64,000 nucleotides of DNA from a virus, in the IMG/VR virus record IMGVR_UViG_3300036944_000508, positions 6,896-70,895 of that record, one strand, 5' to 3'. Below the pieces are notes generated by a model. The model was given only the letters and a program-made list of their open reading frames with translations, had not been told where the DNA came from and searched no databases. A program made the position numbers and the translations under genes. Shown piece by piece: positions 44,763 through 54,043 of this stretch (its first letter is position 1; each line of letters starts with the position of its first letter).

Positions 44763-45050
44763 TTAACAATTCCATTTTCTTAGTGCTAGTGCCTTGCGAG
44801 TCGGACGACCCTTTTCATCTTTCATTGGACCTTCGACGCCAGACATTCTAGCACAGAAAGACTTGCGTCGACCCGCTGCTTTACTGCCTGCCTTCAACTT
44901 AGAAGGTTTGGTTGTTACTGGTGCCTGTAGATTGCCACCATACTTATTGTTGTAATAGTCGCGACCCTTCTGGGTTAGACCACCAGTAGAACTCTTATGA
45001 CCTTTACCATCGACTGCTGCTTCAGCAATGAATTGTTTAAAAGATAGCAT
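44763..45050 (-). CDS. small basic putative internal head protein
   Basis: Start MLSFKQFIAE; GGL..KGR...RRKSFCARM.G...LRKWNC. Confidence 0.7.
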   Translation of the reverse strand: MLSFKQFIAEAAVDGKGHKSSTGGLTQKGRDYYNNKYGGNLQAPVTTKPSKLKAGSKAAGRRKSFCARMSGVEGPMKDEKGRPTRKALALRKWNC

Positions 45051-45051
45051 C

Positions 45052-47049
45052 TTACTTTCTCTTCTTCGTTCTGCTGTTCTTGATTCTTGATTGCTCAAGT
45101 TTACGAACTGCTGGCATGACTCTGACAGATAGGCGAGCAACCATTGGTGCCATACGCTTTATCTGTGCTTCGAGACGTGTCTTTTCAGATGAAGATACTG
45201 TAGAAATATCTCTGTTACGCAACAGTCTCTTGTATACCATGCGTCGAGCAGCACGAATCGATCTCGATTTAAGTTTTTCTGGTGAAGACACACGTTTGAT
45301 TGCAATATTTCTTGCCATCATTCGGCGACTCTTAGAACGCATCGCATTGAATTTTTTCTTGAGACGACCAGCAGGAGTAATACCTTCCTCTAGTTCTTCG
45401 CCTTCTTCATCAGGCGACTCATCATATTCAATTTCATCTTCGTCATAGAGATCTACCATGTCATCCCACGAAAGAGCAAGAACATCTGCTTCTAGTTCTT
45501 TTTCGAATGCTGTCTCATCAAAATCTTGGAAGCGAATGTCTTCATCATCATGTGAAATTACTGAAGAGATCTGATCACCTGAACCTTTATGTGCTTCATA
45601 AGAATCAACATGGTGTGTACCCATTTCTGCAGTGTCACACATCTGGCAGCAGTCAGGAGTTCCGCAATCTTCGTGAACACCTTCAGCAATTGTTCTCATA
45701 AACTCAGCGTGAGATTTGTGAGCACGTTTTTGTAGTGCTTCTTTTTCGATAGAAGACTTGGCAGAGTTATACTTCGACATGAATATGTCAGCATGGTTGC
45801 TAGAGATAGCGTGATGTTGACCATCTTGGAAGTGAACCTTTGACCCAATGCTAACTGCTTTACGTAGTTGCATTACAAGGTGGGGTGCTTCCTTTGCCTT
45901 CTCTGCTTCTTTTTTCTTAGCAAGAGTTTTCTTTGCTCTGTTAATATTAGCAGGATCTGCCAGTGTTTGTCTGACCTTTGCTTGGAACTTAGCACGTGCT
46001 TCAGCACCTCTTGCTGAGATCTCTGCCAAGTAACCTTCGCGGAAAGGATGTAGACCAAGATGCTGAGTTGTTACATCATCGTAACGTGGATCGAATGATG
46101 GGATCTTATCTGCTGCCATTGATTCTTGACCAGGAGTCATAGCAGCATACTTCTTACGGAGTGCATCAGTTCCCCATTCGTTGCTCTTACCGAGTTCTTC
46201 CTTGACAGCATTCTGACGAAGACTCTTGTAACGACGGATAGCAGTTTTGCGCTCGGAAGAACCACCAGGAGTTTTTATAAGATCAGCATACGCTTTCTTG
46301 ATTTCTGGATTAGTCACACCTTCTTCAATTTCAGTTTCTTCGTGCATCGCAGGATTATATTTCTTTTTGAATTCAGAGAATCTGCTAGTGATGTTTTTAT
46401 CTGTTGGACTGTCAGCAATATGACGACCATGCGCAGAGTCAAGGAAGTGTTTTACCATTACGTTTGGTTTCTTTGCATCTTGAAGGTGTCCAGCGTCGCC
46501 CACTAGTTTCTTAGCATAACGATGCATGGCAGAATATCTCTTATCTTTCTCAGCATCGTCGCGTGCTTCTACAGTACCATGGTATCCATATCCCTTGTTA
46601 CCAGAGGTAACACGAGTCAATGCTTCAGTAATCTTTGCATTCAATGGTTTGCGACCCTCTTTCTCGGTTGCTTTCTTGTATGCTTTATCCATGTCTTCGT
46701 CTTTGTCGCTCTCCTGTGGTTTCAACCCAGGATTTGGATGATAACCATAGTCACCTTCTTCTGGAAATCCCTCTCTAGGATACTTCTTAGAATCTGCTTC
46801 GTCAAGACCCTTCTTGCGTCTTTGTGCAGCAGTGAAGTGATCAGGTGTTCCAGTATCTGGATCCATTTTTAGTTTCGCACCTGCCTTTTTTGCAACTGCT
46901 GCTTTTGCTTTGGCAATAATATCGGTTGCTTCAGGCACACAGTTAGGAACCTGACGTCCACCCTTTTTCTTCATGCCTACCATCTCATATCCCTTCCAGC
47001 AAGGATCGTCTTGTTTTCCTGGTTTACCGATATACTTTTTTTCTGCCAT
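45052..47049 (-). CDS. large putative internal head protein
   Basis: CWKGYEMVGMKKKGGRQVPNCV module, acidic linkers, basic C-terminus. Confidence 0.6.
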   Translation of the reverse strand: MAEKKYIGKPGKQDDPCWKGYEMVGMKKKGGRQVPNCVPEATDIIAKAKAAVAKKAGAKLKMDPDTGTPDHFTAAQRRKKGLDEADSKKYPREGFPEEGDYGYHPNPGLKPQESDKDEDMDKAYKKATEKEGRKPLNAKITEALTRVTSGNKGYGYHGTVEARDDAEKDKRYSAMHRYAKKLVGDAGHLQDAKKPNVMVKHFLDSAHGRHIADSPTDKNITSRFSEFKKKYNPAMHEETEIEEGVTNPEIKKAYADLIKTPGGSSERKTAIRRYKSLRQNAVKEELGKSNEWGTDALRKKYAAMTPGQESMAADKIPSFDPRYDDVTTQHLGLHPFREGYLAEISARGAEARAKFQAKVRQTLADPANINRAKKTLAKKKEAEKAKEAPHLVMQLRKAVSIGSKVHFQDGQHHAISSNHADIFMSKYNSAKSSIEKEALQKRAHKSHAEFMRTIAEGVHEDCGTPDCCQMCDTAEMGTHHVDSYEAHKGSGDQISSVISHDDEDIRFQDFDETAFEKELEADVLALSWDDMVDLYDEDEIEYDESPDEEGEELEEGITPAGRLKKKFNAMRSKSRRMMARNIAIKRVSSPEKLKSRSIRAARRMVYKRLLRNRDISTVSSSEKTRLEAQIKRMAPMVARLSVRVMPAVRKLEQSRIKNSRTKKRK

Positions 47050-47561
47050 TACTTTTTCGCTTTCTTATTTAATTCGTCGACCGCTGCCTTGTTTTCGGTT
47101 ATCCAGCGTTGGAGTTCCGTTAGTTGGACCGAGTTGGATTGGCAGATGGCGTAGTTGCGGATGATTCCGATGAGGGCATCAGTGTCTTTAATTCCTGAGG
47201 GGGACGCATCAGAACTTCTGGTGGCGTCGGCATCACTGGCACTGGCACTAATGTCGTGCGTGAACACCCAGCCGTTAGACATAACAGACTGACTAGGAAC
47301 AGTGTTTTTAGCGGCATCAACATAAACATATTCTTTCTCTCTAATTGTGTTTGTTCTATCAACATATTCAGTAACTACATTATTGCTAATCTCTGAATTT
47401 TTTTTCTCCAGTTCAGCAACTTGTGCGCTTGCTTTAGCAGAGAATCTAGCAAGTTCTGCATCAGCATAAGCAGACCCCTTCATGTATCCATATACAAACA
47501 CACCAAGTATTAAAGCAGCACCTGCTAGTAACTTATATGGTAATGGGATCATACCGAACAT
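47049..47561 (-). CDS. i-spanin (Rz-like)
   Basis: N-terminal TM, coiled coil, C-terminal NY..C...L..LQ.W; contains an embedded lipoprotein gene. Confidence 0.8.
   Translation of the reverse strand: MFGMIPLPYKLLAGAALILGVFVYGYMKGSAYADAELARFSAKASAQVAELEKKNSEISNNVVTEYVDRTNTIREKEYVYVDAAKNTVPSQSVMSNGWVFTHDISASASDADATRSSDASPSGIKDTDALIGIIRNYAICQSNSVQLTELQRWITENKAAVDELNKKAKK
47120..47329 (-). CDS. o-spanin (Rz1-like), embedded in Rz
   Basis: Lipobox LTAGC followed by Pro-rich PVPVMPTPPE.LMRPP. Confidence 0.8.
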   Translation of the reverse strand: MFMLMPLKTLFLVSLLCLTAGCSRTTLVPVPVMPTPPEVLMRPPQELKTLMPSSESSATTPSANPTRSN

Positions 47562-47584
47562 ATCAATTTCCTCTTAGTTGCCTA

Positions 47585-47592
47585 TATTTATA
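47585..47592 (-). promoter_or_regulatory. T4-type late promoter
   Basis: TATAAATA upstream of the spanin. Confidence 0.7.
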
Positions 47593-47593
47593 C

Positions 47594-48205
47594 TTATGCT
47601 AATTCTTTAATTGTAAAAGCAAACCACACATCTAATTTGGTGCTGTTGTCTACTCTTCTCATACATAAAGTAAGCATGTTTGGAGATCCGCCGCCATGTA
47701 ATTCTGCTGGACCTTCATCAGCACTTGCATTTTTACCAATTATGATACCACTATGTCGCATTACAGCACCATTTGGAGTAAACGTATTTCCAGGATTAGT
47801 TGAATTTTTGTCTTGATACACACGATATTGGCTATGAACACCAAATGTAGTCCAAGAAGGTACTGTTGTTCCTGAGATAGTTATATCACCCTCATACCAT
47901 TCATATATGATAGTACTTGCGTTTGCGTTGTTATTACCAATTTCATAATCAATAATTTTGATCAAATCTGCAATATTAGCACTGCCATTTTTAAAACTGA
48001 CAACAGGTCGCATAGTATCGTCCATAGTCCAACCACGATTTGTGTTTGTTGCATGGTTGTTAAACGAATAAAGGTCGCCAACTTCTTCTGATGTAATAAT
48101 ACTACCAGTAACTGGTAACGGATTTGCAGTAGTTACAAGATTACCATCGGATGTAACAAGACCATGGGTCTCATGAAACTCATTATTTGCTCTAATCTGC
48201 GACAT
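47594..48205 (-). CDS. putative virion protein
   Basis: NPLPV motif, beta-rich, late block. Confidence 0.5.
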   Translation of the reverse strand: MSQIRANNEFHETHGLVTSDGNLVTTANPLPVTGSIITSEEVGDLYSFNNHATNTNRGWTMDDTMRPVVSFKNGSANIADLIKIIDYEIGNNNANASTIIYEWYEGDITISGTTVPSWTTFGVHSQYRVYQDKNSTNPGNTFTPNGAVMRHSGIIIGKNASADEGPAELHGGGSPNMLTLCMRRVDNSTKLDVWFAFTIKELA

Positions 48206-48206
48206 C

Positions 48207-48821
48207 TTAGATTGTTCCTAGAAACTGTTTGAATGAAACTGACTCTTGGATTCCAAGACCCCGACGAACGTCTTTATACATCTCATGTTTGTGTGGTTTT
48301 GACATGGAAGTTGGTGCCATGGCATGGAATGTTTTCTCATCACCCGAAGACGCTGCATTACGCATCTTAGTTGCGGATGCACCAGCAACACCTTCGTCGG
48401 CATCAGTTCTGACTGCACCTACTGTCTTCACTTTTATCGAATCGAAATTGTAATGCCCATGGCGACCTTCAACATTATTATACTTGTTTATTAGGGAATG
48501 ATAATCATGTGCTCTATCGGATCCAGCATGAACAACGATATTTTTCACACCTTGACTATGTAATTTAGACAAGTGATGGAGTAGAGTTGGTGCACCCTTG
48601 CTCATTGCTTCGATATTCGCAGAAGGAAATGCTCTCTTGAGATGCTTTACTTTAAGATCTGGAGTCAGCGGATTCTTTTTACCATCATGTGTTGCAGTTG
48701 TAAGAATAGTATGTTGTGCATTATCAGATCTTGCTGCATTTAAAACATGATTGATCATCAGCGCATGTCCAGCATGCACAGGTGCGAATCTACCAATAGT
48801 CACGTGGTGTGTTTCGCTCAT
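48207..48821 (-). CDS. Cytidylyltransferase-like (HIGH) protein
   Basis: GRFAPVHAGH, KNPL, GSDR, SATKMR. Confidence 0.85.
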   Translation of the reverse strand: MSETHHVTIGRFAPVHAGHALMINHVLNAARSDNAQHTILTTATHDGKKNPLTPDLKVKHLKRAFPSANIEAMSKGAPTLLHHLSKLHSQGVKNIVVHAGSDRAHDYHSLINKYNNVEGRHGHYNFDSIKVKTVGAVRTDADEGVAGASATKMRNAASSGDEKTFHAMAPTSMSKPHKHEMYKDVRRGLGIQESVSFKQFLGTI

Positions 48822-49936
48822 TGCCCCTTACTCGCCTTAAACATTTCACTACGAGCACGATTTGCTGCCGAGAATCCTTGGCGGTCAACAACCTTCAGAC
48901 CATTGTAAACATGACCTTCACCACCTGCCGCAGCACCTGCGATAGATGTATTGAAACCACCTGCACCAGAAGAATCTAATCCTCTCGAAAGGTGATTAGT
49001 TGCCTGTTGCAAGTGGTGATGAATTTCTAAGGTGTCGTTGAATTGCTTTTGGTGTTTAGAAACGTGATCAATCGCATCATCCAACACCTTCTTTTTAGCG
49101 ACCTTTGTCTTGTCAGTTTTAACTGCATCAATCTTTTTCTGATGCCACTTCGTAAGATAACCCTTATACCCTTGAGTCGAAGGTGTATCATTGGTTGACA
49201 GTGTCGAGTTGATATACTGGCGAAGTGTTTGTTCGTGTCCAACATGATGGTCATAACTATGTGATGCCATCATTTGCTCTGCCTTTTTCAGATGTTCATC
49301 TGCTTTAGACTTATATTCTTTTGGAATAACTCCCTGTTCTTTTGACACAAGGTGTTGAACAAGATGCACATCAGGATGATGATTGAAACCATCAAGATTA
49401 GTCAGAGGTTTTGCCCCTGCTGGAGTAATCTTGGTGTGAATGACAGCACTTACTTTAGATTTAGCAAGTGCTTTGCCTTCAGGACTATCAGCATCTGTCT
49501 CATATTTAATTGTGTTTGGTGTATGAGAAATCTTTCCATTCTCATGCTCTCTAGATTCACGATCTGACATGTATCCGCCCTGATACTCGCCTGGAGTATG
49601 CGGAATAACTTTTGGAAGATGTTGTAGGAGAAGTTTTAGTGGATGTGCAAGATATTGTTTATGACTATGCTGGTCTTCAATATCTTGTTCGGAGAAATTA
49701 TAGTTGCTTCCTGTGCCCTTATACTTAACACCGACTTTACCATCTGCTCTGCGAATAACATTGAACGACATTCTGTCATCAATCTTACGAGTCATGGATG
49801 GTGCTTTACTGGCAGAAACCTGCTTCAGCGTTTTGAGCGCATGCTTCGCTGGTTGCGGTCCATCAAAAAGTCTATCAGATGGATGCTCAATGTGAAGAAT
49901 TGCTGCTTCAGAAAGGAATGATAAGAAACTCTGCAT
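48818..49936 (-). CDS. conserved phage protein (DUF6267-like) with capsid-targeting-like N-terminus
   Basis: MQSFLSFLSE, HIEH..D, KID, PNTI.Y, EG.V, KVVDR..FS.AN. Confidence 0.65.
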   Translation of the reverse strand: MQSFLSFLSEAAILHIEHPSDRLFDGPQPAKHALKTLKQVSASKAPSMTRKIDDRMSFNVIRRADGKVGVKYKGTGSNYNFSEQDIEDQHSHKQYLAHPLKLLLQHLPKVIPHTPGEYQGGYMSDRESREHENGKISHTPNTIKYETDADSPEGKALAKSKVSAVIHTKITPAGAKPLTNLDGFNHHPDVHLVQHLVSKEQGVIPKEYKSKADEHLKKAEQMMASHSYDHHVGHEQTLRQYINSTLSTNDTPSTQGYKGYLTKWHQKKIDAVKTDKTKVAKKKVLDDAIDHVSKHQKQFNDTLEIHHHLQQATNHLSRGLDSSGAGGFNTSIAGAAAGGEGHVYNGLKVVDRQGFSAANRARSEMFKASKGQ

Positions 49937-49970
49937 AGGGATCCTAATATAATGTTACTCCCTATTTATA
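49935..49970 (-). promoter_or_regulatory. Late promoter overlapping a start-codon-sequestering hairpin
   Basis: TATAAATAGGGA...TCCCTATG. Confidence 0.6.
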
Positions 49971-50688
49971 ATAATTGTACCCATTTGAAATTCAATCGTT
50001 TGTCGTGAAATTCTACTGCGTCCAAATTATATGGAGGGTGTGTTATTGAACATGTATCATTATCATATATTGGTTTAATTATATTGGCATCGATTGTCAT
50101 TTTTCTTCCGGCTCTTCGACAATCAATTATAATATTTTCTAGTTTAATCCAATTGAATTTAGATTCCATCATCGCCAAAAATTGCCTATCACCATAATGA
50201 TATGGTGTATACGATTCATCATATCCTCCACCTTGTTCATACATTGTTTTTGTGCACATAAAAGTGTTTGATGGACCACCACCCATGAGCACATTATGTC
50301 CATTGTGAATAGTGGTAAACCCATACCAAGAATCTTCAGAAAGTTTCATTTTATATATTTCATTCAACTGATCGGAATCCAGGAAATGATCAATGTCTAA
50401 AAAAATCAACCAGTCAGATTTAGATACTGCTGCGCCAAGATTTCTACATCCATGACTATTAAATCCAATATCTTCTGTCACTTTGTATAGAGAAACGTTA
50501 ACATTATTTGAGATTGTAAATTGAGACAAAACCTCAGACGCAGGATACTGCGGAGATCCATCGTCTATCAAGATAATGGAAATAGGAATTTCATACGTAT
50601 TCCAAGTTTTAATCGCTTGCTGTAAATAATTGGGATCGTCATAGTATGTTTGTATTATAGCAATAGAATTCATATAACTTTCTCCCAT
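49966..50688 (-). CDS. Glycosyltransferase (GT-A, GT2/GT7-like)
   Basis: IDDGS, RNLG, FLDID, GGYDE...GD. Confidence 0.85.
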   Translation of the reverse strand: MGESYMNSIAIIQTYYDDPNYLQQAIKTWNTYEIPISIILIDDGSPQYPASEVLSQFTISNNVNVSLYKVTEDIGFNSHGCRNLGAAVSKSDWLIFLDIDHFLDSDQLNEIYKMKLSEDSWYGFTTIHNGHNVLMGGGPSNTFMCTKTMYEQGGGYDESYTPYHYGDRQFLAMMESKFNWIKLENIIIDCRRAGRKMTIDANIIKPIYDNDTCSITHPPYNLDAVEFHDKRLNFKWVQLL

Positions 50689-51407
50689 TTGAAATTCAAT
50701 TTAGTATCTTTACACACAATAGATTCTTTATCAAATGGCGGACTATACACTAACATGTTCTCGTCGTCGTATACTGGAATTGATCTAGTATCATCATCAA
50801 TAATTTTTCGACCACCGCGACGACATGTTAAGACCAACCAGTCTAGATTATTTTTCTGATATTTTCGCTCAAGATGGGATAACAGTTCACGATCTCCACG
50901 ATGAAACGGCACAAACGATTCATCATATCCACCAGAATCTAAGAATAGTTTTCTCGGTATCATAAACTGATTCAATGCCATGTACGGATTTCCTCGACCT
51001 TGAAACTTGGCATTAAGTTCATACCAAGAATTAAGATCGAGGGTTTCAGTTTGTAATCTTTTGAGATCGGATGGTTGTAGTGTGTAGTCTATATCTAGAA
51101 ACAACAACCAATTAGATTGTGCCAATGTTGCGCCAAGATTACGACAACCGTGACTGTTGAACCCAATATCTTCAGTGACTTTATACAATGAAAAATTAAT
51201 ATTATTATTTAATGTATGCTCTTTCAGAACATTTTCTGCAGGTTCTATCTGAGAACCATCATCAATCAATATAATATTTACTGGAGTGTTGTAGTTGTTC
51301 CATCTCTCGATCTGAGTTTCGAGATAAAATTTTTCATTGTAATACGTTTGAATAATTGTTATATTATTCTGCGACAATTCCCGCCATCTCCTCAGAGGCA
51401 TCGACAA
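50670..51407 (-). CDS. Glycosyltransferase (GT-A, GT2/GT7-like), paralogue of its neighbour
   Basis: Same motifs; shares SLYKVTEDIGFNSHGCRNLGA exactly. Confidence 0.85.
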   Translation of the reverse strand: MSMPLRRWRELSQNNITIIQTYYNEKFYLETQIERWNNYNTPVNIILIDDGSQIEPAENVLKEHTLNNNINFSLYKVTEDIGFNSHGCRNLGATLAQSNWLLFLDIDYTLQPSDLKRLQTETLDLNSWYELNAKFQGRGNPYMALNQFMIPRKLFLDSGGYDESFVPFHRGDRELLSHLERKYQKNNLDWLVLTCRRGGRKIIDDDTRSIPVYDDENMLVYSPPFDKESIVCKDTKLNFKWEKVI

Positions 51408-51735
51408 CAGTCAAGTCAGTCGCAGGGAAGTCCACTGATTGCGTCAAGTGATACTGCATGTATTCATTGTGTGTCATTGATTCGTCAACATACAGTTGCC
51501 ACCCCGAAAGAGTTTCGTGGAGTTGTGGATAATGATTCTCAATCATGTGTCGCTTAGAATCCATTACCTTACCAATCTCTGGTAGTGTTGGTTCATAATC
51601 AAATCGAGCAATGATATATTCCTTACCACCCGATGCTCTCCACAGAGGCATGTCTTCGGTTCCCGCATTGGTCCATACAAGTGTGGTTGCGACCAACTTC
51701 AATTTCAATTCTTGTGTTTCAGTTTCTTCAGTCAT
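51364..51735 (-). CDS. hypothetical protein
   Basis: GAGGA RBS, 123 aa. Confidence 0.6.
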   Translation of the reverse strand: MTEETETQELKLKLVATTLVWTNAGTEDMPLWRASGGKEYIIARFDYEPTLPEIGKVMDSKRHMIENHYPQLHETLSGWQLYVDESMTHNEYMQYHLTQSVDFPATDLTVVDASEEMAGIVAE

Positions 51736-51755
51736 AATCTATCCTCTTATTAAAA

Positions 51756-51832
51756 TGGTGATGCCAGTAGGATTCGAACCTACGACCTAGAGCTTAGAAG
51801 GCTCTTGCTCTATCCAGCTGAGCTATGGCACC
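51756..51832 (-). tRNA. tRNA-Arg(TCT)
   Basis: Canonical cloverleaf, A20, CCA. Confidence 0.95.
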
Positions 51833-51844
51833 AATTACTATTCA

Positions 51845-51873
51845 ACTATACTATACTTATTAGAATTTGTCAA
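51845..51873 (-). promoter_or_regulatory. sigma70-type promoter for tRNA-Arg
   Basis: TTGACA-N17-TATAGT. Confidence 0.8.
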
Positions 51874-52520
51874 CGGTTTTCTCGAAATCTATCTTTTTCA
51901 GGATAAACAAACCATCCCGTCGCAATATATTTTTTCCCGACTAGATCTGGATTTGCTCTATGAATGTGAGTATACGCAGCAGGCCATATAACCAACGTTC
52001 CAGCAGTAGGCGTAAATGCTAATTCCTGATGTTTGAATTCAGTTTGTCCACCCTCTTCAACATCATTCAAGTATAACATCCAAACTGCAAATCTTCCTGG
52101 AGATTGTCTACCCGAACCTTGTTCGTGGTGCCATTGATGGAATCCTCCACCTGTTTCAGAGCGCTGGAATTTCCATCCTGGTGCCAGGACTTCAAAAAAT
52201 GATTTAGAGGATGCAGAATATGCAGAATTATACTTGCGCCAACCACGGGCCAAGGCTTCAACTATCTTATCCTCTGATTTTTTCAATGATCCGTAACTAC
52301 TGGTAAATATATTCCAATCGGTTCTAGAAGAATCATCGGACAAAATGCAAGCACCACCAGGATCTGGGCGCGAAATAATATCATCGATCCTATCGCGTAC
52401 CTCGGCGCATTCCTCGGCAGTCAATACGTTCGGATATAACTCTATAAAATTAGAAGTCAAATTTAGACAACTCCCTCGTTCGAGATCCAGTTGGAGTCCG
52501 CTCAAACACAGGAACAGCAT
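51870..52520 (-). CDS. 2OG-Fe(II) oxygenase (true start probably downstream, near the gp41 stop)
   Basis: WHHE, YLNDV.EGG.TEF, IWPAAYTHIHR, KYIATGW. Confidence 0.88.
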   Translation of the reverse strand: MLFLCLSGLQLDLERGSCLNLTSNFIELYPNVLTAEECAEVRDRIDDIISRPDPGGACILSDDSSRTDWNIFTSSYGSLKKSEDKIVEALARGWRKYNSAYSASSKSFFEVLAPGWKFQRSETGGGFHQWHHEQGSGRQSPGRFAVWMLYLNDVEEGGQTEFKHQELAFTPTAGTLVIWPAAYTHIHRANPDLVGKKYIATGWFVYPEKDRFRENR

Positions 52521-53838
52521 CTTGTCCTGAATCGGTAATACCTTGTTGAGCAGATAACTCTAGATCATACAGTTTCATTTTACCACGGTCAATACCAACC
52601 ATGAATCTTTTATTTATAGCAGGGTCATTATACCGATTCTTCAACTGCTTGACCATAAGTTGTCCCATGTTCTCGAGTTCTTCAGTAGAGATGAGAGCAA
52701 ACATCAAGTCAGCAGTTGCAGGTAAACCAAATGATTCCGAAGTATCAGTCAGGTCGACATCACTGTTCGCATATCCACCACGAGTAGTTTGAGTGGCAGA
52801 AACAACAGGTAAATCAAACTCAACTGCGAACCCACGAAGTTCTTCAGCAATCGCCTTCACATATGTATATGAATTGACACCAGCACCTGCTTTAAATCGA
52901 CTGGATGCACAGATGTTAAGATAATCGACGAAGATAATATCAGGATTAAAGTTGCGCTTCAGTTGTAGTTCGTTTAGCAATGCTTTAAAGTGACCGACAT
53001 GCGCACTAGCAGTAGGATACTCCTTGATGATCAGTTTACCCTCAGTCTTTTTCTTAATCTTATCAATCCGATTATCGAACATGGACTTTGACAGATCCTT
53101 TAGATCCTGAATGTTTACGTTCATCAAGTTCGCATCGATGCGTTCAGCGATACGTTCTTCTGCCATTTCCATGGTGATATAGAGAACGTTCTTACCTTGA
53201 CCCAAAGCACCTGCTGCCATGTGACACATGAACAAAGACTTACCAACACCAGTGCCAGCAAGCGCAATATTCAAAGTCTTATTTGGCAGACCACCATTAG
53301 TAATCTTGTTGAACATGTCAAGATCGAAAGGTAACTTGTTCTCAACACGGTGATAGAAGTCATATCGCGATTCCGAATTGTCAAGGTAATCATGCCCAAC
53401 ATTATTATCGAAACACACACTCAATGCATCCTGTAGAATGGACGGAATACCATCCTGAGTATGTTGCTTATCATCACCATCGATAATCTGAATCGATTGC
53501 ATGATTGCATTGTAAACTGCCTTGTCCTTACAGAACTTCTCAGTCTCTTCAAGCAACCACTTCTCATTCACATCAAGAGAATCATCTAGATGTGTCAGTT
53601 TTTCATTGATATTTTTAAATTCATTTTCGTTTATACCACGGTCATTCTGCACTGCGATTTCAATTGCTTCAACTGTTGGCAGTGAATTATACTTCTCGAT
53701 AAACTCTCTAGCATAATTGAAAATCTTACGCTCGGAAGTATCGTGGAAATATTCTGGTGTTATGAATGGAATTACCTTGCGAGCATAGTCTTCGTCGGAA
53801 AACAATTTACTCAGTATAATCGTCTCGATCTTCTGCAA
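52450..53838 (-). CDS. 41: Replicative DNA helicase (T4 gp41)
   Basis: AGTGVGKS, ITMEM, DYLN, SATQ, SESFGLP, KNRY. Confidence 0.97.
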   Translation of the reverse strand: MQKIETIILSKLFSDEDYARKVIPFITPEYFHDTSERKIFNYAREFIEKYNSLPTVEAIEIAVQNDRGINENEFKNINEKLTHLDDSLDVNEKWLLEETEKFCKDKAVYNAIMQSIQIIDGDDKQHTQDGIPSILQDALSVCFDNNVGHDYLDNSESRYDFYHRVENKLPFDLDMFNKITNGGLPNKTLNIALAGTGVGKSLFMCHMAAGALGQGKNVLYITMEMAEERIAERIDANLMNVNIQDLKDLSKSMFDNRIDKIKKKTEGKLIIKEYPTASAHVGHFKALLNELQLKRNFNPDIIFVDYLNICASSRFKAGAGVNSYTYVKAIAEELRGFAVEFDLPVVSATQTTRGGYANSDVDLTDTSESFGLPATADLMFALISTEELENMGQLMVKQLKNRYNDPAINKRFMVGIDRGKMKLYDLELSAQQGITDSGQDAVPVFERTPTGSRTRELSKFDF

Positions 53839-54043
53839 TTTTTAAATCCTCTATCTCATCATATTCATTTGCGATTCTAATGCAACATGGTTCACACACA
53901 AACATCTCATACTCGAGACCCTCTTCAATACCATGAAGACACATGGCAGGGTCATTCTTTTTCAGAACGACCCCACATTGATCACATATCTTGATTTTCG
54001 TATTCTTCTGAAATATCTTCATCAGAAATGTCCACATTGTCAC
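53807..54043 (-). CDS. small Cys-containing hypothetical protein
   Basis: CxxC...CxxC between uvsX and gp41; start uncertain. Confidence 0.45.
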   Translation of the reverse strand: MTMWTFLMKIFQKNTKIKICDQCGVVLKKNDPAMCLHGIEEGLEYEMFVCEPCCIRIANEYDEIEDLKIAEDRDDYTE

